A DNA stretch of 64,000 nucleotides from Mobula hypostoma (GCF_963921235.1 NC_086108.1:50284001-50348000), one strand, 5' to 3'; positions 38,417 to 51,782 are shown, counted from the stretch's first letter. Program-made: numbers and translations. The notes: generated from the sequence alone by a model not told the origin.

Positions 38417-40868
38417 GTCTATATGAACCTCAGTAAGGTCTTTGTTAAGGTTCCACCTGGTCAGCTGCTATGGAAGGTTGATGGAATGGAATCCAGTGAG
38501 AGATGGCGAATTGGACACACAATTGGCTTGATGGTAGGAAGCAGAGGGTGATGGTGGAAGATTGTTTCTTGGACTGTAGGCCAAAACTAGAGATGTTCCC
38601 CAGGGGTTGGTGCAAGGCCCATTGCTATTTGTCATCTATATCAATGATTGGGATGAGAATACGCAAACCAAGGTTTGTAAGTTTGCAGATAACACTAAAG
38701 TAGGGTGGCATTGACAATGAAGATGGGAATCAGAATTTATAGAGGGAGCTTGATCAGCTCAGTAAGTGGGCTGAGGAATGACAAATGAGTTTCATTCAGA
38801 TAAATCAGAAGTGTTGCATTTTGGATAGGACATTCACAGTTACCTGTAGAACCCTGGGGAGTGTTGTAGAAGAGAGAGATCTAGGAGTATGTACATAGTT
38901 CCTTGAAAATCACTGATAAACAGGGTGAAGAAGGTATTTGGCATGCTGGCCTGGCCTTCATTAGTTCGAGCACTGAGTATACAACACCAGCCAGTTGTCT
39001 GTTCTTCCTTTCTCCAACCATTTTTGTCCTCTGGCCCCCACTATGTTGCCTCTTTCCAATTTCTGTGAATTTGCCTCACTGTGAACAATCAGATTAATTC
39101 AGGATGGTCAATTTTTAATTTTCTGTTTCGTCATAGTCTGTCTGGCCAAATAAAAGGCAGCAGCAGAACGCACAGCCAAGTGTAGATAAGCTTATCTCCA
39201 GGAGGTGGGGCTCTAGCATAACAGTACTTCAACCTTAAAATAATCACTGCTCCATCAGCTGGTACCTGTAAGATTATGGAGAGAGATTCCTGCTAAAAAA
39301 TTGGATTGTAGCTGTGGTTGGAAAGGATTCAAAATATAAGATTAATTTAGTCAAAATTTAATTGAATATTAATCACATATCTTTCTAAACTCTGGAATAA
39401 TTTTGGCCCATTTTCTTGAATGTGAATTTTATATGCAAATAAGAGAAAGGAAACTTCATTGGAATTAGGTAAATTATTGACCTCAAAAGTAGGGGATAAA
39501 AATAACAAGCATTTAGCACATTGGAGGAAATGGGTAAATTGTAATCTTGGATAAAATTGGATTTGTAAGATATCAAGGAATAGTAAATGGTTCAAAGTGA
39601 AAACTCAGCATTGGTAACGACTATTCCTCCAATGAACAAGAATGGCCAAAGTTATTAGAAATCAGTCACCTCAATCTCAGGACATTGCTGCCCCTCAGTT
39701 CAAGCAGTTTCAAGTGATAGCAACAAAACTGCAGACGTCAGAGATCTGAAACATTAACTCTATTCCTCCTTCAGCAGATGCTGCCTGAACTGTTGAGTGT
39801 TTCCAATATTTTCTGGTTTTATTTCAACTGAGAATTCAACAGCAATCACAATCGCAGAAATATTGGACTAATCTATCCTACCTTCCTGCTGAAACTGGAT
39901 TGTAGCCATGGTTGAGTTGGTAAATGACAGTTGAGGTTAATGTCACGTATGCAGCAGGTAAAAGACATGAAGCGGCTCAGCCATCTTCCCCCAATCACCA
40001 CTGAAACTTTTCAACCTCCAGATTATTGATTGAATATACACCAGGCTACCCATATCAAAGGTTTGGCTTCAAGATTTGAACATTTTTGGCAAATTGTTCA
40101 CTTCTTCCTTAAAGTCCCTTCAACAAGACTTAATCATGAGTGCTATGGAATTGTTAGGACACACATAGATAGGTGCCAATGCAAAACAATGAGTCGCAGT
40201 AACCAAGCCAAATTAATCACTTTGATCAGCACCTCTCCATTAGTCACTTTGGTCAGCACCTCCTCCTTCTGAGGAGCTGCTTTCCCATAGCTTTGCCACA
40301 ATGAGTCTTAATCAAACTCTAAAAATATACATTCCATGAAAGTTGAAATCATTCAAGTGTGCTATATTCAAAAAACTTCCTGGGTGTGCTAACATTCCTC
40401 ACACTTGCAAGTACTGGTTATGATCAAACTAAAAAGGGGCTTAGGGAAATTGGAGTTGTGAAATGAGAAAATACCAAGAATTATGCTACACTACAATAGA
40501 AGAGCCAGTATAAATTAAATGTACAATTTTAAAAGTGAGAATGGGAATAAGATGGTATTAAGGTAGAAATAATTGAAACTGTTAGAATAAATGAGAATGA
40601 TGTTGAAGGACTCAGGTATATGTCACTTTACAAACAGAAGAAAGGATATGACCTGAATTAGATCAGGGGAATGTCATCCAGTAATAGACACATCACTTTC
40701 AGAATAGTGTTAAAGATGGTGAGCATGTAGAACTTCAATTGTGTGGAAAAATGGAAGTCATTCTCCTTAAAACAGAGTTTGCTAGGCAGAGGTTTAACTG
40801 AACTATTCATAATCATGGAATGTTTGATAGGGGAAATAAAAAGAAGTGGTTTGCAGTGGCAGAACAGT

Positions 40869-41693
40869 TATATGATATGATTATGAAGACACGTAGTCCT
40901 CTTTTATTGTCATTTAGTAATGCATGCATTAAGAAATGATACATATTTCCTCCGGTGTGAAATCACAAAACACAGGACAGACCAAGACTGAAAAAACTGA
41001 CAAAACCACATAATTATAACATATAACAAACAAGAGGAATTCTGCAGATGCTGGAAATTCAAGCAACACACATCAAAGTTGTTGGTGAACGCAGCAGGCC
41101 AGGCAGCATCTCTAGGAAGAGGTACAGTCGATGTTTCAGGTCTGAAATGTCGTCTGTACCTCTTCCTAGAGATGCTGCCTGGCCTGCTGCGTTCACCAGC
41201 AACTTTGATAATTATAACATATAGATACCATAGTGCAACAATACCATAACTTGATGAAGAAGTCCATGAGCACAGTAAAGTTCAAAGTTTCTCAAATGCC
41301 CCGCATCTCACGCAGACGGGAGAAGGAAGAAAAACTCTCCCTGCCATGCCGACCACAATCTGACTCTGAGTCATCCGAAAACTTCGAGCTCTGATCAGCT
41401 GTCCGACACCGAGTACTGAGCGCCATCTCTGTCCGAACGATTCGACCTCCTTCTCGGCCGCCAAAAGCAGGCAAGGCTGGGGATTTTGAGGCCTACCCGC
41501 CGAAAGATTCCTGACCACGCAGTAATGACAGCAGCGAACGGGCGTTTCAGAAATTTCTCCAGATGTTCCTTTGTGCTTTCACGTCCATTCTCCATCAAAT
41601 CAGAATTGTCCACGGCTCCTATTTAACAGATACGATATCATTTTTCACCAGAGGGCTGCGCACATGCAGGCGCGCCGCCATCTTCTCCTCCTC
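40869..41693 (-). mobile_element. non-autonomous non-LTR element (CpG-rich 5' end, AATAAA plus TCATA-repeat tail)
   Basis: 5' GAGGAGGAGAAGATGGCGGCGCG; AATAAA at 40908-40903; interrupts an old CR1 tail and hosts the PLE fold-back insertion. Confidence 0.55.
41026..41207. mobile_element. fold-back (inverted) PLE terminal-repeat insertion
   Basis: 68-bp inverted arms at 41072-41139 and 41142-41209; 16-bp direct repeat ATAATTATAACATATA at 41010-41025 and 41208-41223. Confidence 0.9.
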
Positions 41694-41879
41694 TGTTAGC
41701 GAGAGGACACTGTGCAGAAGAGTCCAAGAACAGAACAGAACTTTTACTTACACATTCAGGTGTCATGATCTGGAATGCCCTCCCTGAGTGGATGATAGAT
41801 TCAAGAATATTTTTCAAAAGGAGTAGAGGTATATTGTTGAAAGGCTTTGAATTTTAGATAAGGATAGGTATGGTCCTTG

Positions 41880-43105
41880 TGGGAGAGTTTGAAATTGAAC
41901 TAGGGAAAATATGAGGGCAGTAAGCAGGAACTAAGAAGAAGAATTAACTGGGAACACCTTTTTTTCTGGCAAGTCCACATCAGACATGTGGAAGGTGTTT
42001 AAAGATGACTTGCACAGAGTATAGGAAAGGTATGTTCCTGTTAAGAGGAAGGATGGGGTGGAAAGAAAAGAGAACCTTGGATGTCTAGAGAGGTGATGAA
42101 TTTAGTCAAGAAGAAAAAGGAGAAGTATGTAAAGTTTCGAAAGTTAAGATCAAACGGAGCACAAAGTATCCAGAAAAGGTCTAACGAAGGGAATTAGGAA
42201 AGCCAGGAGGGGCCATGAAAAGTCTTTGTTAAGTAGGATTAAGGTGAATCCTAAGGCATTAAATACATATATTAAGAGTAAGAGGATAACTAGGGAGAGG
42301 GTAGGATCACTTAAGGATAAAGGGGGAAACATATGCTTGGATGTAGAGAATATGAGTGAGGTACTTAATGAGTACTTTGCTTTAGACTTTACCAAGAAAA
42401 AGGGCATGGAGGGTCAGGAGATCAGTGCTGAGTGTATAAATACGTTAGAGTGTTTAGAGGTCAAGGAGGAGGAAGTGTTGAGCCTCCTAATGAATATTAA
42501 AGTGGATAAGTTCTCAGGCCTGATAGGATTTGCCCCAGATTATTGAAGGAGGCAAGAGACAAGATTGCTGGGCCCTCGAGCAGTATCTTCATGTACTCCC
42601 TAGGCATAGGCGAGGTCCGTAGGACTGGTGAGTGGCTAATGTTGTACCTCTATTTAAGAAGGGAACAAGGGAAACCATGGGAACTATAAACCGATGAGTC
42701 TCATGTCAGTTGTAGGGGAGATTGCGAGTGAAAATTCTTAGGGATAGGATATATGAACATTTGGAAACCCTTGGCTTAATTAGGGAGAGCCAGTATGACT
42801 TTGTGCATGGCAGGTCACGCCTTACCAATTTTAATGAGCTTTTTGACAAGGCGATGAGAGAGATGGATGAGGGTAAGGCAGTGGATCTTGCCAACATGGA
42901 TTTTAGACAGGTGTTTGACAAAGTCTCTCATGGGAGATTGACCCAGAAGATTAAGATGCATGGAGTCCGTGTAAATTTGCTGTTTGGATTCAGAACTGGC
43001 TTGCGTATGGAAGACAGACAGTAGTGGTTGAAGCACTTACTCAAGACAGAGGTCTGGAATAAGTGGTGTCCCGCAGGGATCTGTGCTGGGACCTCCACTG
43101 TTTGT
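41880..43105 (+). mobile_element. CR1 ORF2 fragment
   Basis: RIKVNPKAL..YIKSKRI, VLNEYF, MDFRQVFDKV and GVPQGSVLG. Confidence 0.88.
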
Positions 43106-43134
43106 GAAATAGCCTTAATGTATCTGTCTCTAAT

Positions 43135-44225
43135 ACTACCCCTGGCAGGGCATTCTACACACACACACCACTCTCTGTGTAAGAACTTACCTCTGACATC
43201 CTCCCATACTTTCCTCCAGTCATCTTAAAATTATGCTCCATGGTACTAGCCATTTCCATCCTGGGGAACAATTATTTGGCTGTCCATTCAATCTATGCCT
43301 CTGTAAATCTTTATCAAATCACCTCTCGCCCTCCTTCGCTCCAAAGAGAAAAGCCCGAGTTTGCTCAACCTATTCTCATAAAATATGTTCTGTAATCTCA
43401 GCACCATCCTGGTAAATCTCTTCACATCCTAAAGCACTTATACCCTTCCTATAATAAGTCAACCAAGACTGAGCATAATATTCAAAATGTGGTTTAAGCA
43501 GGGTTTTATAGTGCAGCAACATTACCTCGTGGCTCTTGAACTCAATTCCCTGACTAATGACAGCCAACACAGCATATGCCTTCTTAACCAACCTATCAAC
43601 TTGTGCAGCAACTTTGAGGGATCTATGGACATGGACCCCAAGGTCCCTTTGTTTTGCCATGCTGTCAAGAATCATGCCATTAACCCTGTATTCTGCCCTC
43701 AAATTATTTCACACTTCTCTGGGTTGAACTCCATCTGCCACTTCTCAGCCTTGTTTCACATCCTATCAATATCCTGTTGTAGCCTACGGCAATCTTCTAC
43801 ACTATCCACAACTCCAGCAATCTTTGTATCATCTGCAAACTTATCAACCCATCCTTCCACTTCCTTATCCAAGTCATTTGTAAAAATCACCAAATAGTAG
43901 GCGTCCCAGAACAGATCCCTGTGGAATATCACTAGTCACTACCCTCAGGCAGACCATGCTTCATCTACAATCTCCCTCTGTCTTCAACGGCTAAGCCTAT
44001 TCTGTATACACACAGCTGAGTTTCCTGGACCCCTGCCTCCTTATCTTCTGAATGAGCTTACCATATCAACTGCTTTCGTAAAATCCATATACACCCACAT
44101 CCACTGCTTGACTTTCATCAATGTGCTTTGTTACATCCTCAAAGAATTCAGTCAGGCTCATGAGGCATGACCTGCCCTCCCTTCACAAATCCATGCTTAC
44201 TGTCCCTAATCAGAACATGCTTCTG
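43135..44225 (-). mobile_element. CR1 RT/3' fragment
   Basis: DKFADDTK, WQMEFNPEKC and QRDLGVHVHRSLKV. Confidence 0.88.
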
Positions 44226-45362
44226 AGAGCACTCAGATAAGAGCTCGGTGAAATTTTTGAATGGAAAGGACTGAACAAATAGGCTCCTAATCCCTATGAA
44301 AAATGAGATAAACAAAAGTTTCAGATAAAAACAATGAAATACAAAGCCACTTAAACCCTGCTAATCCAAAACATGGGAATTCTCATTAGAAAGCATAGTT
44401 TCTGTCGGAATCACTACTTCTACCTCTGCTGTTTCCACTTCCATTTCCATTGTTTCTTTTAAACATTTGTGCTTTTTAATAAAGGTCATAATTATACGTA
44501 CTTTAGACATTAAAAGCCTGTTTGCTTTACATTTATATTGGGATAAACATTGTTTCAGTTATAAAGCAGCAGTGTATCTAATTAATTGCATAGCTGGCAT
44601 TGTTCAAATAAATGGTTAGGTTGCTTAATCATTTACCGTAACCTTTTCTCCAGAATGTTCCATAGCACATAAAGCAATACGTAAGGGTATACAGGATTGC
44701 TTTATTTGGGCATATTCTGTAGTGGAATGCCCAGCTCCATGATGGTGCTCATGAGTGAGCATCGATCCACTACTGATCATTTTTAATCCTGCTTATTTTC
44801 TCGAACTTTCAGGCATCTGACCTTTTTTCTGAATAGTTCGTATCAATGCCCCTTGGTTTAAATTGAAGCTTCTTAAATTGTTTAATATTTTTGAAATTAA
44901 CTTTGTAAAGTAATTTACAACAGAGGCTACGGAGATTGAACAAATATTAGGATATTGGACAAATAATTCAGAGGCTTCCACAAACAATCCAAATCCAGTT
45001 CAAAGCTCAGCTGTTAAATTTTAATTCATAATCTGAAATTCTAAGGAAAAGCAAGCTAGTCATGAGTAATGTACTGCAAAACTAACAGAAGATTCTTCAA
45101 CTTAATCTGTCTGACTAATATTCTCATAGAGCCTAGAGTCATAGAACAATCCATGCCCCCGTTCGATTGCTTCTTGAAAATAATACCATTGTACCTGCTT
45201 CAATCACGTCCTCTTAGCATTTCATTCCATACACTCATCACGCTCTGTATAAAAATATGTATCTCAGGTCGTTTTTAAATTTTTCCCCCCTCACCCTCTA
45301 ACCCATGTTCCCTAGTTTTGGACTCCCCTATCCTGGGAGCGAACTGTTACCATCCACCTTAC

Positions 45363-46110
45363 TAAACAAAAGAGATGATTGTGGACTTCAGGAAGGCACA
45401 GGTCGACCACTCCCCATTGCACATCAGTGGCAGTGCACATCAGCACGAAGTTCCTCGGTGACCACAAAATGGGCAACTTAACTGGATCCCCAACAACACC
45501 TCACTCGTTAGGAAGACACAGCACCATCAAAACTTTCTGAGGAGACTGAGGTGTGCAAGGCTCCCTGCCCCGTTCTAACAACTTTCTACAGGAGCACCAT
45601 TGAGAGTGTCCTGTCTGGCTGCATCATTGTCTGGTATGGAAGCTGCAGGTCCCTGCAGAGGACAGTAAACACTTCAGAGAGGATCCTCTCCCCTCTTTGT
45701 GACACTTACCGGGACTGTTGCAGATGAAGGGCCCAAAGCATTGTTGAGAATCCCCACCACCCATCCCACAATCTCTCTGACCCACTATCAGGAGGTTGTA
45801 CAGAAACATCAGGACTAGGACTGCCAGACTGGGTGACAGCTTTTTCCCTCAGGCTGTGAGACTAATGAAGACCCTGCCACCACTGACGAGTCATCACTAT
45901 GACAGCAAGCTGTTTACTATATTGTTTTCTGTTTATGGTTTACCTGTGCTGCATTTTGAATGATATTTTATTCACTTATTTATGGTAATACTTTGGTTTA
46001 TGCGCTGTGTGTGATATGTATTTTGTGGGTGCACCATGGTCCGGAGGAATGTTGTTATGTTTGGTTGTATATATTGCACGTACAGGCCGATGACAATAAT
46101 GTGAATTGTG
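45363..46110 (+). mobile_element. Rex1/Babar-like LINE 3' part
   Basis: KTKEMIVDFRK, FYRSTIESVLSGCIIVWY and TARLGDSFFPQAVRLMK. Confidence 0.75.
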
Positions 46111-46585
46111 AATTTTCGATTTGTTCAGCAATGATGATGGCTACTATATATTTGAATGTATGACTATATGTTTTCTTTTAACCAAACAGCTGTTTTTTCC
46201 TCTCTTTTTTTGTTTTGTTATGGGGTTTTGATTTTGCTTTAGATTAGAATAAAATATACCTTTTCAATATAACGGTTAATTTACTATACATAGTTATGGG
46301 GCATTTCAATCTTGTTTCTGTTTCCATAATATCATAATGTATTTTGTATTTGTCTATGCAAGTAATTAATAAAAATATTGAAAAAGAAAGACAATAAACT
46401 TGAATTTTTTGTTAGTGGCACTATTAGTGTGCTAAATGGGATAGATTCAGAACAGAATTGACAGCTGAAGACTGGGTAGCCATGAGGTGCTTTTAACTGT
46501 CAGCATTCACAAAAATACAAGCATCAACATTTGTAACGTCTCTCCCTTACTGCAGATTTTGACACTTGTATTTCTGCAAATGCTG

Positions 46586-46699
46586 AATGAAACCAGTGGA
46601 ACGTCCACTGGCTTACAATAAAACCAGTCGAATGTCCACTGGTTTACGATCAAACCAGTTGAATGACCACTGGCTTGCAATCAAACCAGTGGAATGTCC
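46586..46699. repeat. 31-bp minisatellite, 3.7 copies, each with an internal hairpin
   Basis: Units start at 46586, 46617, 46648 and 46679; consensus AATCAAACCAGTGGAATGTCCACTGGCTTAC. Confidence 0.85.
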
Positions 46700-46727
46700 T
46701 GAGTTCAATGGCAAGTGCACAAAGGCA

Positions 46728-47605
46728 AGCAACATTTTTCATCAACTTTGCCTCCAACTTTCACCCTGCCCTTAAATTCACTTGGTCCATGTCTGACATC
46801 TCCCTCCCCATTCTTGACCTCTCTGTCTCCATCTCTGGAGATAAACTATCTTCCGATACCTTTTATAAATCTACTGATTCCCACAGCTATCTTGACGATA
46901 CCTCGTTCCATCCTGTTCTCCTGTACAAATCCTATTCCTTTTTCTCAGTTCCTACATCTCTGCTGTGTCTGCTCCCAGGTCGAGGCTTTCCTTTCCAGGA
47001 CATCAGAGACGTCCTTCTTCTTCAAAGAAAGGGGTTTCCTTCTTCCACATTGACACCCTCATTCCGTCCTGCATCCCCTCCATTCCCATTCCAACATATC
47101 AGTCCTTGGCCTCCTCTTTTGCCACGATGAGGCCATTCTCAGGGTGGAGGAGCAACACCTCATATGCTGTCTAAGTAGCTTCCAACCTAATGGCATGAAT
47201 ATTGATTTCTCCTTCCAGTAATTTTTCCCTCCTCTTCCCTCTTCTATTCTCCACTCTGTCCTCTTACATTTTCTCCCCACCTGACTATCACCTCCCCCAG
47301 TGCCCTTTTTTCTTTCCTTTCTCCTATTGTCTGCTCTCCTCTCCTATCAGATTCCTTCTTCTCCAGTCCTTTACCTTTCTCGTTCACCTGGTCTCACCTA
47401 TCAGCTTCTAGCTTGTCCTCCTTTCCCTCCACTTAACTTTTTATTTGGCATCTTCCCCCCTTCCTTTCCGTCTTGAAGAAGGGTCTTGGACAAAATGTTG
47501 ACTGTTTGCTCATTTCCATGGATGCTGCCTGACCCGCTGAGTTCCTCCAGAATTTTGTGCGGGTTCCTCTGGATTTCCAGCATCTGCAGATTCTCTTGTG
47601 TTTCT
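46728..47605 (+). mobile_element. internally deleted Penelope-like element 3' part with terminal repeat
   Basis: FINFASNFHPALKFTWS...LDLSVS...YKSTDSHSYL; degenerate hammerhead at 47470-47504. Confidence 0.85.
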
Positions 47606-47903
47606 GCTGGGATCTTTGCCAGACATACCTAGGAGTGTTGTACCAACCTTGTGAAGATGTAACACAGGGCTCCATGCATGCTAAGCAGGAAGACCAATAG
47701 ACATGCAATCTCTCAGCCAACAGATTGGTTCGTATTTCTGAATGGTGGTGGGGAATTAAACTGCTTAACAATTAATGGCTAACATAATATGACCATCCTC
47801 AATAATTCCAGGCTATCGCACATTAAAGTAGAAACAAACCTGAAGTTCTGCGACCACATTCGGACATAAGACATCTTAGTTTCCTCTCAAGACTGTGCCA
47901 TCT

Positions 47904-48210
47904 GGACACCACAGTAACGTAACGGTTAGTGCGACAATATTACAACATGGGGTGTCAGAGTTTGGAGCTCAATCCCAGTGTCCTCTGTAGGAGTCTCTGT
48001 ACGTCCTCTCTGTGGAATGTATGGGTTTCTCTGGGATCTCCGGTTTCCTCCCTCAGTCCAAAGATGTACTGGGTAGGTTAATTAGGCATTGTAAATTGTC
48101 CCCTGATTAAATTAGGGTTAAATTAGGATTTTGAGGGGTTGCTAGGTGGTGTGGCTGAAAGGGCCAGAAGGGCCTATTCTGCACTGTATCCTAAGTAAGT
48201 AAATAAATAA
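47904..48210 (+). mobile_element. tRNA-derived V-SINE (HE1-like)
   Basis: tRNA-like head with decayed A/B boxes; V-core TGGGTTTCTCTGGGATCTCCGGTTTCCTCCC..AGTCCAAAGA; CR1-like tail GGGCCAGAAGGGCCT; (TAAA)n end. Confidence 0.75.
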
Positions 48211-49599
48211 TATCTCAGAAGTCAGTCTTCAGGTAATTTGGTTCTCTGTATGATATCTAGAAATGGATGAGAGCACCGTAAGGCTATGTAACTGGACAAC
48301 ATCCCAGCTGATGTATTGTAAGCCTATGACTTCTGAAAAAGTCTTACCTCTAGCCAGCCCATTTCAGTATAGCTTTAAAACTGACATCATTCAAACAATG
48401 TGGAGAATTAGTTTGCATTGGATGGTGTAACTAAATTGTGCAGTTTCTGTTTTCAGTTTTTCCCAGGACAGTGTGAGTTTCCCCTGTTTGCCATTTTGTA
48501 GAGACTCCAGGTCTAATGTGACATTAAGATGCAATAAATATAAATCTAGTTCATGCTTAGTGAACCAGTCTGATGACTTAGGAGATCCTGTCAAATTTGT
48601 TTGGCGGACAGGGTAATGATCTTGTCACCTGAGCTATCATATCCCTTTCAGTTTCCTGGGCCTTGGGAAATCTGCACAGCTGCACTGTAATTTGAAACAG
48701 ATGTTAAACAGAACCTAATTCCTCGATGAAAGTTAAGCTTAAAATCTTTGTTTGTCTCTTAGATCTCTGAGATGTAGAAGTTGGATGATGTGAAACCAGT
48801 TGTAAAAACAAGAAAGAGGGCTTTAAAAGGATTTAAAGAAAGTTTGTTTGTGTAAACTTTTCCTGAGTACAAATCCGTTCATCCTGCACACATATGCCTT
48901 GTGTCATTTCAGCCAATAAGATAGTTAGTCTGGAAATATTATGGTTTCCTCATCAATGAGCATAGATGTCAATTTACTTCATTCTTCAAAATATTTGTTT
49001 TGTTTCTGATGAAACCTTTTAATTTCATAAGGAGAGCTTGGTCTGAGTCATGATGTTTTTGGCTCTGTGGTTGCAAGCATTCACGATCATTGGCAGGATG
49101 AGATATTCATATGTATTTTCTTCATTCACAAATAAGGGTTATTTACAGAACCAGCATTTACGTTTGTATTACCCATCCCTCATAGTGCACCAGAAAGTGA
49201 CTCGCCTTCCTGAACTGCTCCATGTGGTGAAGAGAGTTCCCATTTGCTTTTGACCATTTGACAATGAAAAACAATGATGTATTTCCAGGTCAGGTTGATG
49301 GAAGAATTGTAGGGCACAGGTAATGGAACGACTATACTCCTGCAGCTTTTTGGGTGGTACAGTCCCTAGATTTGGGAAGTGAAATTGGGGAAGTCTTGGT
49401 AGTTGCTATTGTACATTTTGTAGAAGATAATCTTAATAGCCGAGGTGGACAGGTGGTTCAAGAGTGAATGTCTGAGATATTATAGGGACTTCCCTAATAT
49501 TAACTGAGAGTGTGAAAAGCGTACGGGATGCAGAGTTTTTAATGACATTCCCAGAAGAGCTTATTGAACCAGTATGTCTATAGTCTTACAAGTGAAAGG

Positions 49600-51460
49600 A
49601 CAGTAGTGAATATATTTTGCAAATGCACTTGACAAGTTTCCACGTGGGAAAATGGAACAAAAGGTTAGAGTCCATGCAATTCAAGCCAAATTAATAAATT
49701 GGATTCAAAACTGTTTCAATGAAAGGTGGAGAGGGTGATGGTTGTAAATTGATTTTATGATTGGATATCTGTAACCAATGACATACCGCATGAATCAACT
49801 TACTTTTTGTGATATACAGTATATTAACAATTCAGATATGAATGTAAGTTTGTAGATGACACGAAAACTGGTAGCATTATTCATAGTGAGGAGGATAGTT
49901 GTAGGCTTCAATATGATATTGAGCAATGGTAGATAGAGTTTAATTCTGATAATGTGGCAAACTTGCGGAAGATACCAAGATTGAGGGCATAGTGGACAGT
50001 GAGGAAGGCTATCAAAGCTTGCAGTGGGACCTGGACCACCGGGAAAAATGGGCTAAAAAAGTGGCAAATAGAATTTAATGCAGACAAGTGTGAGGTGTTG
50101 CACTTTGGGATGTCAACCCAGGTTAGGGCTTACACAGTGAACAGTAGGACACCGAAGAAAAGGGGAATGTGGGAGTACAGATCCATAATTCCCTGAAAGT
50201 GACTCAACAGGTCACTTTCCCTGGAAGTGACTCAACAGGTCGCATTGGGTCCAGGAGTTAGGATGTCCTGTTGATGTTGTATAGGATGTTAGTGTGACCA
50301 AATTTGGAGTTTTGTGTGCAGTTCTCATCACCTACCTACAGGATAGATATTAATAAGATTGAAAGAGTACAGAGAAAATTGACAAGGATGTTGCTGGAAC
50401 TTGAGGACCTGAGTTATAGGAAAAGGTTGAGGACTTTTTTTCCTGGAGTGTTGGAGAATGAGGAGAGAATTGATAGAGGTATACAAAATTATTAGGGATA
50501 ATGATAGGATTGATGCAAGCAAGCCTTTTCCATTGTGGTTGGGTGAAACTAGAACTGGAAGTCATAAGTTAAAGGTGGAAGATGAAATATTTAAGAGGAA
50601 TCTGAGGGGGAGCTTTGGCACTCGGAGGGTGGTGCGATTGTGGAATGAGCTGCCGGAGGATGTGGGTGGGAGGGGTATGAAGGGCTTTGGTCCAGGTATG
50701 CTTCGATGGGAATAAGCAGATTAACAGTTTGGCATGGACTGGACTGCCGAAGGGCCTCTTTCTGTGCTAAACTGTTCTAGGACTGAGGGTGAGAAGATGC
50801 ATTTTGGAAGAATTAACAAGGATAGGATATACACAATGAATTGTTGGGTTTTAGGAGATATCGTCAAACAGTGAGGTTTCAACGTACAAGCCCAAGAAAC
50901 CCTGAAGATGGTAGCCTACGGAAGCAAGTTGATGAAAATATCATCGAGGATCCTAACTTACATTACTGGGGTGTGGATGCCTGAAGGATCTGATTGCACT
51001 GGAACGCATGCAGAAGAGATTCACCAAGATGTTGTTGGTCAGAGCACTTAAGTTATAAGGTGGGATTGGAAAGACTGAGTTTGTTTTGCTTTGAGCAGAG
51101 GAGGCTGAGGAGCAACCTAGTTGAAGTGACAATATTATGACGGGAAAATAGAAGGTAAGTAGAAGAAAACCCTTCCCCATTGCCGAGGTATTTAAAACTA
51201 CAGGGAATAGTTCTAGAGTAAAGAGTAAGAAATTTACAAGGGATCTTTGGAAGAATATTTTCACCTAGGTGTTGCTAGGATGCTGGAATGCACTTCCTGA
51301 GTAGATGTTGAAGGCAGGAACTGTCTCAACAAGTGTCTTGACAAGCAATGCAAGTTTTCAGGAACACAAGTTGAACAAGTGTTGGTCAATGTAATTGATA
51401 TAGATAGGTACTTGATGGCCAGCACAGATGTGTTGGGCTGAAAGGCCTTTTGCCATTCTC
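49600..51460 (+). mobile_element. nested, decayed CR1 fragments
   Basis: KFVDDTK, WQIEFNADKCEVLHFG, EFCVQF.SPTYR.DI and RVVRLWNELP motifs; at least two copies. Confidence 0.75.
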
Positions 51461-51782
51461 TAACTTAAGTAGTTTGCTTGTGAGGCATAATGTCATGCTT
51501 CCCAAGTGCTACAGGAGCTGCACTCGTCAACTGGAAAGAATTTGATCACATTCTGGATTTGCCTTGCATTCATGGTGATGATGAGTTGGAGAGTTAGCAG
51601 ATGAATCACTTGTTGAACAGTATCCAGCTTCAAAATATGTTTTTGCAGCTATATCTCTGAAATAGCTGATCAAAATAAGTTTCCGGTTAAACTCCCAGGA
51701 TATTAATGATAATAAGCTGATAACAAATTAATATTGATAAATTGATAACAGTGAATGGCAAAGTTAAATGGTTAGAGTCAAA

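Larger units (their letters stand above)
37725..38985 (+). mobile_element. CR1 RT fragment interrupted by a SINE and a MITE
   Basis: ANVLLLFK.GCKEKSGNYR, NWLDGRKQRVMVE and KFAD motifs. Confidence 0.8.

Noticed and set aside
41880..44225. Single CR1 with twin-priming inversion
   Set aside because: Both halves cover the same RT interval and are diverged, so they are independent copies.
46586..46699. CRISPR array
   Set aside because: The palindromic units are contiguous with no unique spacers, no cas genes are present, and the context is eukaryotic.
50189..50243. 28-bp tandem duplication in a CR1
   Set aside because: An ordinary local duplication at a deletion junction.
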